Shown: positions 39,696 to 57,050 of the stretch, one piece after another | Position numbering within the stretch: position 1 is the first letter of the stretch | Layout: each line of letters opens with the position of its first letter | Position numbers and translations under genes: made by a program | Assembly: GCF_000150275.1 (NCBI RefSeq) | Contig: NW_002060947.1 | Span: forward strand, 2,407,740 to 2,471,739 | Reading direction: 5' to 3' | Source: Trichoplax adhaerens | Lineage: Eukaryota; Animalia; Placozoa | Length of the DNA stretch: 64,000 bases | Notes under the pieces: model-generated | The model's input: only the letters and a program-made list of their open reading frames with translations | Databases searched by the model: none | Told to the model about the DNA's origin: nothing

Positions 39696-42600
39696 CTAGT
39701 GTAAAATTTGATGTATCTTATCCAAAATTTTATGCTCTTCGGCACTTAAACAACTAATAAAGAAGTTATAACAAGACTTTTGTCGAAATTCCTGAAAAAA
39801 ATTTAGAAGCTGATCCTAGATAACGAAAATTGGGATTAGAACAGAATAACAGTAAAATAGTCAATGATAAATAAATAGCATTTTAAGTAAGGCTGGATCC
39901 ATAAAAATACCTGAAGATCGATTGGAAACAAAGCATCTTCGAGATCATCAAAGCTTTCGTCATCATCAAAATCTTGTCGTTACATTAAAGGCAGACCAGA
40001 GCGTAAAAAGAGCATAAGATATTAAGGGGCTATACATGGTTTGAATAAAACCGAATTTTGTTCTATAATGCAAGAAAGTACGCGTGCTACTTAATATTAT
40101 ACATATTAACGTTTGATACCTTCAAAGTTAGAAGAATTAATATAAAGCTGGTCCTCATATAAATAATTCTGTGAATCACTGCTACTTTCTTCGTCATCGG
40201 TCCGGCTGGGAATATCAGAGATATCCTACAAATATATTGTACAATCCATTAAACGATGTAACCATACTAAATTAATTTGATCCACATCTAAATACCGCTA
40301 ATATCTTCTCATGTGGGCTATTACCCTCCAATTCGGTAGAAAATTCATAAATGATGGCCTTGAACATTTTATGAATTATCGGAATTGTAACTTTTCGCTT
40401 TAAAACTGTAAGAAAAATATTTAATCCACTAGCCAAAATTTCGTCCAAATTTATCAAATAGCGCCTAGGGTGATACACCTAGAAAGTGCTAGTTGCGAAA
40501 GAAATTCTTGTACGGGAACGCATACCTAAATTAGTTTTCGACCTGGTCCGTCTTCCTACTTTTAATTCACATTTATACAAGCATAAACGTACATCCATTA
40601 GTTATATAGTACAACATTGACATAAACCGCAAAAACACATTACTCGTTTATCGCTACTTTTAAATATACTTCATACGAGGAAGATGCTTGCTTATACTGT
40701 AGTATAATAACGGTCAAAGAAGGATGATTATTAACTACAAAAATTCAATCACTACCTATGGTTTCTTCTAACGCTTCTTCCAAAAGCGACATTGATGAAA
40801 TATAAGGATCATTCGTATTAGCATAATAAAGCAGAATCTTGCAAAAGGCTAAAATGCTGCAACATTCGTAACATAAAATTTAAAGAAGCGTCAAACCATG
40901 AAAAGTAAGGAAAAGGCCTTAGCTAAGCTAATATTGTTGTACCTGATCTTGATATTGTAGCATCCAGCGATAAAGTTTTGCTGCTTACACCATTCACTTA
41001 ACACGTATTCCATGGCTGAGGTCCCTGTCGGACTGGGTACACTCACAAGTAAGTTATACACCAGTTGAAAGTGCTCATGGATTAAATAGGCAAACATTAT
41101 TATTAAAGCCTAAATTGCAAAGCGAATCAGAATTTTAAAGCGTATCACTGAACGTAACGAGACCAGCAATGATAGAAATCGAAATTGCTTAACGCGATAG
41201 GAAACCTGCATAACATTGCCTTCTGTTACTTGCTGCATTTTCGCAAGAACCCCACGAAGGATTGTACCAAGATGTTGTTGCGCTAATACGTCACCCTTGT
41301 AAAATTGAGAATGTTTCTATAAAATTATGCCTTATAAAAATCCCAATTTTTTTACGTGATTTATCAGAGAGGAATTCTAATATCTCTTGATGTGTAGTGC
41401 ACCTTCCTAAAAAAGACAATTGTCAGTTTTCCTACTTGCGCCGCACTGTATTGTTCCAATTGTGGATCCACCTGTTTCAAAATGCAGTTGATGACATAAG
41501 AAAGTCCATCATTACCCTCAGGGTCCTTCCTAGATTCAAAACGAGTTTATTAGAATTAGTCAAAATCCTAGAAAATCGAGTGTTGCACTAAAGCAACATT
41601 ACCTACCACTCAAACACCTGGTCAGAGCTTCGAGAAATAAATGCTCTGAGACAGTCACTTCCGCTCTATAATGTCATAATACGGTGATATCGGTAAGAAA
41701 CGAATTGCGGACAATAGCAGTCATACTTCATCCGAATATTAAGTAATATCAGATATATGAGCAAACTCACTTGAATAATAGAAACATCATCAGTATTCAT
41801 CACAGTAACTGCTACTGTTGGAAATCCGATGTTAATAAGTGTTTCAGGTACAGGAATCGGGCAATTTTTTATCAAGTCTTCCATAATATCTAAAGCTGTC
41901 TAAAAATTTTAATATGTTATTTAAAAACAATTTGCTACTTAAACATAATAATATTTAAAATTATATTAGGCTGATTGCAGCTTACCCCAGTAGTACAGAA
42001 AGCACTTTTTCCGCTTGTAGAAATTAAATTCATTAAAACTGGAAATAAATGAAGTTCTAATGTCTGAAGTAAGAAAATTGTTCACACATTTCATAAATCG
42101 AACGAAACGTGAGTTAAGATGGCATACAATCTTAGCATTAATTAATTAATTAGCAATATAATTTCTTGCAGATCTGCTGTTGTCGACGCAATACCGTAGT
42201 ATATTTCATACCTGGTAGCAGTTAGGAAATTTGCTGATAATTTTAAACGAATCTTGAGCTATAGCTTCAAGGTAGGGATCTAGAATGCGTAATTGTTAAC
42301 TAAATTAATTGGTACATCTAAAGGAAAATCTTACTCTGGTAACGCAAGCATAACAAAAATATCTGACGTACTTTGGTTGTAGGTCGAATAAAACTCTACA
42401 AGCATGGGTATCAGCTTGCCATGCACTGACTCCGTAACAGACCTACTAATCTGTATGACATCAATTACATAAGTTTATGAAATAGAAACCTTGTATTAGT
42501 CCATGATTAAAGGTATACAAAACGAGAGAGCCTGTATCTATTACTAAAACAATCTTCTCATGTGCATCTACTAAGCATAAACGTATCTCTAAATAGAATC

Positions 42601-45600
42601 AATGTTAATAGAACTGTTCATACGGACTGCAAAAATTTTCCGTAAAAGTCACTGATATTAACGAACCTGAAGAATAAAATTTAACGAATCAATCGCTAAA
42701 CCCAAGATATCTACATCTTTACTAAAATCGAGTGCCATGAATATTAAGCCATTAATGGCATCAGTCAGATAGGGGGACATTAGTTCGTGTCTTAAACCAT
42801 CATTTAAACCTTGACTAAGTCTGATTAGATAATCATACACAATCAATCGTAATTAAATCAATTTAATTCATCTAATAAGTTTTAAAAGTATTGAATCTAA
42901 TACCATCAAAATCATTTTACATTTAAAGGTAGGCAAATTATTAAAACCGTTATGAAGTCTATAAATGTAAAATATAGAGTGAAATCATTGAAAAGTCCTT
43001 ACTGAGATAGTGCCTTGGCGCCATATATCCGAATAATGATATGCTGGGATTGATTTACGGCTTCAGTACAACCCTTCATCAAGCTGCAATAACAGAATAC
43101 AGTACGTAGAATTAATGTTCTTATTTCTATGCTTTAGAATTTTAGCAACAAAGCCCGATTAACATAAATATTAGCAAATATCGAGCTACAATATATCCTG
43201 ACTTGAAGGGCGATCATTTGAATTACTAACTTTGAAAATGCCGGGTCTTCCATCCGGGATGCCAACTTGCTACGAAGCCAAAGAGCACGCCCGGATAGAA
43301 ATGGAGATACTAGGAAATATTAATAGAGCGCATTAAGACTATCTAATAAAAAATTCTGCAGTCTCCTAATAGCGGTAACAGAATTGATCTGCCACATTTG
43401 CAATCAAGAGTACCTGTCGATTGCACATCTATCGACATGATATAGTTTAGGAGGAAGTTATTTTCCAAGTAGTTTTGTACTGACTTCGTAGTCAAGAGAT
43501 TACTTAAGTTTCCCAAGACCAATAAACAGCTTTCATGTACCTTCCACCTGCAATTGTAATTATAATTGATATCCATTTAACTTAAATATGCAAGAAAATT
43601 AGTACTTTGTACTATAACGAATAACGCAACTAAGGAATACGTATTTGAGTATCAAAAAAATTCATATATTTATTTGATACTAAAACACCGTTACGAACCA
43701 ATGTGGCGAGTATTTAATCGTCTCAGCTTCATCGAAATGTTTTCTAACAGCTTTTGAAGTCGAATCCAAAATCTTGCTCTCGTTAAAGTGTATAATGGTC
43801 TATAAATAACACAGTATTATCCTTCTAACATTCAAGGAAGATCATGCATATGCAAAGCATCATCTGTTTAAAACAGTTATGATAACTTCTTCCATGTAAC
43901 TTACATCTAACAAATTAACAGCCAATATTCTAACAGAAGACGTGATTGTATCATCAACTTCATCTTCAATAAATCTGCCAGGACACGTAACCCATAAATC
44001 AGCCTGTAAATACATATTGTAATTTATAGGAAAGGCCATATTTATATTTTATATAAACAAATATTTTCATTATCAACCAAATACAAATTTTCTTATAATT
44101 ACCTGTTCTTCCGATATAAGCATATATTTAATTAATTGATAAATTAAATCATCCATCATAACATTAACGATCGATTTATATGTTTTACGTTGAAATAAGG
44201 CTGAAAAGAACTCAAAGAGGTGGCAAACTAAATTTTGAATATTATATCTTTCTCCTACAAAATTAACAAACCATACATTACATAACTAATATTTTTTTTA
44301 TTATTAAAGAAAGAGATATAAAATTATACCATCCGAATCTATAGATTCTTCCACTAATCGTGTATTATTTACTATTGTCTGTACATAAATAGATTAAGTC
44401 AAGGAACAATTATGAAAATATTCAAAGCCAATATAATTCTAATTTTAATGTTTTATTACTTGCACAATTATATCAAAAACTCAATATTTACAAATTTCTT
44501 AGCAAATAGATCTACAGTATACAGTTATTATAAGGATATGTGTGGCTACTTCGCGTAAAGAGGTCCCAAACAACAGGAATAACCCAATCTAAAATTTGTG
44601 CCATCTCCATAGGGAAAGATTCAACTAAACAAATCAACGTCTAAAATGGTAAAACATTAGCTAATAAATTAAAGCTCGTCCAAGAACAACAGCTGTTAAT
44701 CGGTTACAGAAATAACAAATTATAGTACCAAAATGCCTTAAAGTTAAGCATAAAATAGAAACCAATAGTCTTGACCTTTATGACATTAGTTTTTAGAACA
44801 TAATCGGAATGAGGTCCATCAGGTTGTGATAAAGACTCAGTGAAGGCTGATAAAAAGTGTGGTATGTAAGGAAAGAGCAGTACATTTGGAGCTGCCTGCA
44901 ATCGTTGCAATTATGCATTAGAAACTCGCAATAACTCTCAAAAGTAACTCAAAAAACTTACTTACTTTTTCAAGGTCGCTCATAGCAAAAATTAATGATA
45001 TACAGGAATTCAATATGTGAGTCGTTTTACCGCGGATATTCGAATTAAAATTCTGGAAAAATAGTATATAAGTACATACATATTCTGTACTCGATATATA
45101 TTTTCGGTATCTACTTTTCATATCGATGTTTTGATGATTTCGATAGTTAAAATGTAATACCTTTTCATCCTTAAATATTCTAATTAGCTCAGGGAACATG
45201 ATCGGAATTAACTGAGGGAGCTGACTATCGGCCATATTATCTGATAATTCTAAAAAATGTATTTAAAAGTATCAACATTATCATTATGCCTTAATATTAC
45301 ATTTACGAGCATCATAACAGCGCGCAATTTGTAACATTATGAGCCTATATGCTGATATAATGTTAAAATTATTTGCCTGTAAGAACTCTCATAGCTCCAT
45401 GAACAAGATCCTGACTGCTACTCGTCATAAACCCAATAAGAATTTCGAAAAGCTGAGGCCATGACTCAGGCCAATCCCATCTGGCTATTTCAGAGATAGC
45501 ATAAGCCTAAAAAGGGCAGAGTAATCTTCCTGAATCTGACTTAAAATGAGATACTAAATTTAATAATTACCACACTAGATCGGATAAGGCTTGAATGATC

Positions 45601-47166
45601 TCCAAGGGTGCTAGGCAGCAGTTCCCGTACTATGCATTTTGCCTTTAGAATTAAAAGCTGGTACTTAATGTAAAGTTAAATCTTTCTCTACATATTACAA
45701 TTGCATCCAAACATAAAGAATATATTCATGCGATCAACCTTGAAATACTCATGCACACTTATAATCATAGAAATGAAGAAAATATGTAAGAATGGAAAAT
45801 ATTGCACTGCTGCAAATGTGAATAAGCTACATAATGCACCTACCCATTCCGGTGTTTCCGGTGCAACAAATTTATCTGATGTTGTTGACCAGTGAGTTTG
45901 TACATACTGCTTCAGCACAACTGCAGCTAACTAAATTACAAGCAAAATAGATTACTAAATATCTAGTACCTTGTAACATTTCATTTCCTGATATTTACGA
46001 TAGATAAACATTAATATCTTAGCAGTTATTTGCAGTGCCGTACTGTATGTATTTCATGTCCATATTTGTACAACACAGCGTCTGAGTATTTCGTAATCGA
46101 ATAGGTACCTACTCTCAAATTCAGTCTAAATCTATAGTTTTAAACTACCTAAAGTATGTTCAAAATTAGCTAGTTTATTAAGTATTTACAATTAGTGAAA
46201 CTATTCTACATGGGCAAATATACTACATGTTACATCCAAAATTTCATTTCGCTACATTTCACTGTTAGAACAGTGTATTTGTATGTTCTAACATTATTTC
46301 TTTACTGACAATTATAACACGTATAATCATTTTTCCAGGGTGTTAGATATGTATAATGAGTGTAACATCCATGGTCATACTTTTAGAATTATAGTACCTC
46401 CTATACAATACGATCTATTACTGCAATAATTATATAATCGACAAGTAGGGCTCGATGTGCGCTTTATGCTATATTTTTAATAATATTAATAACAAATTGG
46501 ACATGCTCGTACAATGAAATTTGCAAACGCGATTACACTTATAGATTTAACATCCACGTATTCACCTACGAATGAAACCGTCTCAATTAAAATTACCTGC
46601 CGGATAGGAAGAAAGTTATTTTGATCGATAATTATATCCGTTAAATATACTCCGAACTCTAAAAGAAGAATATTAAAGTGAGCTCCTTTGCAAACTATAT
46701 TACGTTTACGACTTCAGTAATTCACCGATATTGAGCACCTGTAACGAATTAAATAATTACTGTACAGTACTGTAGTCTGCACGATACTGTAGTGTTGTGT
46801 AATCAAGCCAGTAAACTTAGCATGCTCACTGTCATCTACGTATACCATATATATATATATATAGATAGATAACGAACTGCAAAGATAGAAGTTACAATGA
46901 TATATAATCGAATAAATTCAATCATCATCGTTATTTTTTGGAATATTAGTTTTCCCCATTTTATCCTTGTCAAGCGAAATAATTACTACTTTATAGTACA
47001 ATCTATATGTAACATTTAGAATCTGTTGCAAACCCGGCGTCATCTCAATAACGTTTAAGTGATCTTCCCCTTGTTGTCTCGCATGTTGTGCATCAGATAA
47101 AATGCATTTCAGACTTTCCAGAAGCGCTACTTTTAACTCTGTCCTTCTGACCTCCATTGGTTGCAT
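39696..47166 (-). CDS. IPO9: Importin-9, many exons
   Basis: [15 protein letters not shown]..., [71 protein letters not shown], and an acidic C-terminal region. Confidence 0.93.
44389..44539 (-). other. U12-type (minor spliceosome) intron in IPO9, probably AT-AT
   Basis: 5' site ATATCCTT at 44539-44532; U12 branch motif TTCCTTGAC at 44406-44398; the reading frame is restored by splicing at ...TTAATCTAT| (44389). Confidence 0.85.
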
Positions 47167-47778
47167 TCTCAGTGTCACACACTCACACTGTCCGATGTTA
47201 CTGGCGGTGGCAAAAAACCGAAACAAAGGTCATTTGAAAGCGTCAATGTTGTACTGTACTGTACAGTACAGTGAACTTTGGTTCAGTATTTTCAAAGTTT
47301 TGCAGTACTGTACTGTACAGTACACACGACCGTAAAGTACTGTAGTGTACAGTACAGTACTGTTACAGTATACTGAGTGTACAGTACTGTACTGTACACT
47401 ACATTACAGTACAGTATGTCATTTACATGTGCCTCGTGCCCACTAATAGCTACGCTACAGTAATAAAGATACTGTACAGTACAGTACGGTAGGTACAGTA
47501 GTCACTTCACAGCTTAGAGGCTACAGTATGATTTACGGTAATTTGGTACAGTATTTACTGTTAGTAAATTATTTACAAATCGCACTTTCATAATTGTCTT
47601 CATTGTCTTATTATGATTACTAGTAATTATAAGGATAGTGAGTAGCTACCGGATAAAATCCATTACAACCTTATTTTACAGTACCTACTGTTTAGCAGTA
47701 CCTAATAATAAATTTAGTCCAAATCGCAACTTCTTATTAGTTTTATACCTTATTCTAAATGCAAGGTATCATACTAGA

Positions 47779-52206
<4,428 letters not shown>

Positions 52207-54957
52207 ACTACAGCATTACAGAAGTGCCCGTTTGATGGATGGATATTATGCTACAAAAAACTAATCGTAGTGCGTTTAAATTATACATTGGGTACGCATA
52301 GTTATGAAACATTAAATATCCAGATGCGTATTTATTTCAATAATTATAATTGAATCCAAAACAGAATTTAAACAGTCAACGTATCTTGTTGTATCTTAAT
52401 GTTGTGCTTGCACTTCGTAAATGGTAAATTTGTGCGCTTTCGTTATTTATATCAAATATTTCAAGAGTTATATGACCTCCTCAAGACATCCCTAAAGAGA
52501 TTACTAGCCAACCTATTCATTCAATTTGTACTTTAAATAAATAGTACAATGATAAATATGCATCCCTAGTAAATATAGTATAGTAAGATATTTAATCTTG
52601 TTTTTGTCTACTGACATCTAACAATTTGCCCGTACGTTCATGATATTATGAGATATAGTACCAGGTTTAAAATGAATATAAATTATTAGCCTATATTCTT
52701 AAATGACACTTGTGTCTAAATAACAAAACATGTAAAGTTTCAAACAATATACGAATGCTGACATACGCGTATTCCTACAATCAAGATAGCTAGTGTATCC
52801 AGAATAATCTCCCGTATTAATTCACATAAATTTCATAGCTCTATTTTAAAATAATATTAACCCTTCAGATACCTGTTTTCTCACCAAAATGGTTTTCCTT
52901 TCTTAAGTGTTATCGAGTTGAAAATAAAATACATAATATATAAAAACCTTATCTCTGACACTACCTGAATAGAGTAATAGTGGCTTTCTTTAACAAGAGT
53001 TAGGCATAAGAATTTAAAGCATACCTATGTAACATATGAGGGATTTATGGTGAAGTCATCACTGAGTACGATTTGTAATACAGAACACTAATTAGTTATA
53101 CCGTATATAGTAGTCCAACTGTAGAATCGCAGATCAATATTTTGTCAAATTTTGGAACTATGTACAAAACTCTTATTACCATTCGGTTCACTTAAGGAAA
53201 TAACATTTCTCGTATTAGTATGAAACATTGCAGTACTACCCCGTTAATTTTCTCTGATGTCATCGTTGCATCACGATATCGTTACACTGTAAAGTAAAAA
53301 TTTGACAATTTAGATGCTACAGTATACTTATACAAAAAAGCATACAAGTAACATGCAAGACATTGCATACTAACTTTAAGAAACTCGTGAAGATTCTAAC
53401 GAACTCTGCTACTATCTGCGAACAACAGATATGATTGATTAATTTTTCGTATTCGCGACTGTTGTAAGTTCACAACTGTTTAAACTTACATACGCGTATT
53501 AAACTATGCAAAGACAAGTAGAATTAATTCTCAAACGTCCAATAGGTCAGTGAGACTCGATGTTCCTAAAATAAATTTGTAACTTCGAGACTAGCTGTAA
53601 GTGTTATGCAATTAATGCTCGATTTGCAACTCATTTCGACGCATTCTCGATGGTCGTTAAGAAACTACGGTACAGTGGTAAAGAAAGTAACACGTCAATC
53701 TGCAGCTTACATTGTTATTAAACTAATGTAAATGTTACAGTCGAAGAAATTATAGCCTTAAATTCGCCCTTTATTGTAATATCCGCGTATGCAATGTAAA
53801 ATTTTTCGCATACCCGTATACTTATCAGCAGACTTAAAAAATTTAAGGTTTAACCACCTAAAATTGTCATAAGCCATACATAATTTAAAGAGCTAAAAAA
53901 TTAAGCTAACGACGTAAACTATTTCTTAGCTTTTTGTCTCACATGTATCTACACAAAGCAGATACAAAACTGTATACGACAGTATTTCATCTTCAAATTC
54001 TAAAGCCTGTTTCATTTGCTGTATGTATACTCAGAGATACTGTATAATTTACTCCGCTAAAACTAGTTATTTATTAATTTTCTTCAATTGCTCGTGCGTA
54101 CAATACGTAGATCTCACCTGTGAAAACGAAAACTAAATTTAGACATTTGATGACCTTACCCGATTTGGTTATGTGAATCACAATAAAGGTACAGCTGTTG
54201 TTAAAAATAGGAAGCTTTACTTGATACCGTAGCTCACTCAAAATAAGAAAGAGTCTTTTATTATGTAATATACGTGTGCATCCGGTGTTAAGTTAATTAT
54301 TGAACAATCGAACGGTTGCTTACTTTATGATCACATTTATCTCGTTCCCGATGCCCAATATGACAAAATTATAAAACAACATTATTCATATAATATATTA
54401 TATCACTATAATGTCATCCAGTTACCCACAATACGAATAGTAGGAATAATTATTTAGCCAATCACTCACTATATTACGGTTTATATGAGTTAGAAATTAG
54501 AAACTTTGGGTTTTTACTAAAGTTACACAATTCCATGCAGTAACTCTTTATTGTTGGTGTTTTCTACTAGTTATAATTAGCAGTCAGAATGACTACAAAT
54601 TCATCCAAACGGTAAGCTAATCTACAACGTGAATTTAGCTTGTATAGCACGAAGGGTGAGTAGGCTCTGTTTATAAAGACATATCTCAGCCTCCCGTTAG
54701 TATTCCACTGCAGTTAGGCCACAATACTTGATCCCAATAAATTTGCCTGTGATTAATGAGCATCTCCAATACCATACATGCTTTACAAAACATGCAGGTA
54801 ATAATACCGCATTAACCATCATTGCACACAAAAAGATTTCACTACAACCGTAGTTACTTACATCAAAAAGCATAGTCGTAAGTTTACATTTGTAATATTA
54901 CTATTATCCTCCTTCGGAGGCACATTCAAACGGAGCGGTGATGGGCACTCATTAACT

Positions 54958-57050
54958 TTAAAAATCAATCTTTCGCCATTTACATATATTGAACAACCCG
55001 TATAAGGCCAGGCTAAAGACTGACCCTTTTATAAGAAAGGAAACCAATCGAGAAGACAACGGGGTAGACGGAACCCTAAATGTTATAAAGATTGGCATTA
55101 ATCCGGTATATCTCGAGAATCATAGGTTATCAGGCAAGAAAACGCAGGATTTAACTAACGCTATGTACGTGTAGTGTATTCCTTAGCTGTAACTACCTTA
55201 ATAATTCTTGTACATCAATTGGTTTACCCCAATTCTCAACTATTCCGTGGATATGGCCAAGTCCAACCACACCAACCACCACCGGCGGCTGCGGATCCCA
55301 CAATGTGTCTATCATAAAGAGTAATACAATACACGAGTATAAGCAGATTTATCCCATTATCTACTTTGCGTAGCCTATAGTACTCTACACCAGCTTTCAT
55401 TTACCAAGGTGCCTTGATGCTATCTCTTTCGCTTGCAACAACGAATATGCCAAGTATGCATCACGTTCATCAACGATCACTCGAGCTAACGACGGAAAAG
55501 TATCCGTTATCTCATGCAGTAACTCCATTAGCAAATCTTGATCTTTCATTTTTTCAATTTCTTCTTTCCTATTTAACAAAATATTTCATAAACCTTCATA
55601 TTGTACAACAAACGACAGCTTCTTGATACCAATCGCATCAATTATATATGTTGTTAAATAATAACTATTATATCTAAAACGTTCTTTGCGTACGTTATAT
55701 TCTTATCGGAGGTAATCAAATTATAAACTAGTTTTATCCTTTGCCAAATACTTAGACTTGCCACAGTCCTTTTCATCGTTATCTATAATTATAATTATTA
55801 AGTAAGACTTAATATGACGTAATACTCTTCTTTAGCAGTAGCGTTACCTCTATAGGGCGATCTCCCAAATGCATTTTGCATCCTGGTACTTGTAAAGCCT
55901 ATTCATAACGTAGTTTCGATGAAATTTAGTTGATCCGAAATTTATGTAACTGTAAAACAAGATAAACTTTAATTTATTATAATTATGATGCCTCTTTAAC
56001 TGCAGCACGAAACTCGCATCCGGGTGCAACTCCTAATTGCTTGGTTATACTGGCAGTCAAATTAATAAACAATAAATGCACAATTCCACTGAGAACACCA
56101 TTCTAAGAAAGAGAATTACGTATGTAGAATAGTCTTTAGATATCAGCATATCAACTAGTAACCCATACCATCAATTAATTAAATTAAAAATCGTAAAGCC
56201 GCTGTCAAAGATCGCGATGCGATAATACGCATGGTTATATAACATTACTTAACATAAAAAGGCGCATTCATAGCCATACCTGAGAAATTACCGATCGCAC
56301 TTTCCTAAGATCCATATTCTCTGCTTCATCTATCAAGCGTTTCTCACTAATTGTAGCAATACTTGCTCTGCTTCTGCACAGTTCTATCATAACGACATCA
56401 GGTTGTACTGCACGAATTAACTAGAATACATGCATAAATACTGCAATTAGACAAATCAGATCAGTAATTTAGTAAACTACGATTGTGAAACAATACTGTA
56501 CTCTGCGATTAACTGCTAATGTAATGACATTTTCTCGACTTTCACTAAAGCAGACTATCTCAGCATCATTCGATTTTTAAGTTATGTTAGTAATTAAAAA
56601 ATATAACCTACGTTATAATACCGTATAACCAATTACTGTAGCTTTTACCTCTTCCACTTCCCTGCAGCTCTCTTTACTAAAATGTGCAGTTCCAATTAAA
56701 TAAATACTCGAATTATCACGTTGATTATCAAATTTAATCACCGACGGCGGTAAATCGTAGGAATTAATATCCTTTCTTGTTTGTTTTCTTAATAAATATT
56801 TTGCTACTTCATCTTCCACATCATCTCTTTGAGCACGTGCAAAGTTAATCTCAGGCACATTCTCGTTAAGCTTCGATGTTCCTGAAATTTTATATTGACA
56901 GTGAATAAGGTACGAATGACAAAATTGTCCAGAAACGTAAAATATTGTACTGTACAGTACACTGTACAGTATAGGACTGAGTGAAATATGCAAACCAAAA
57001 CTACAATATACGTATCTTTCAGTTATAGCTTAACCTTTAATTGATACCAT
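54958..57050 (-). CDS. TRABD: TraB domain-containing protein, multi-exon (start exon tentative)
   Basis: IYLIGTAHFSKES, VQPDVVMIELCRSR, LGVAPGCEFR, HLGDRPI, VIVDERDAYL, VVVGVVGLGHIHGI; C-terminal hydrophobic tail followed by basic residues. Confidence 0.92.
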
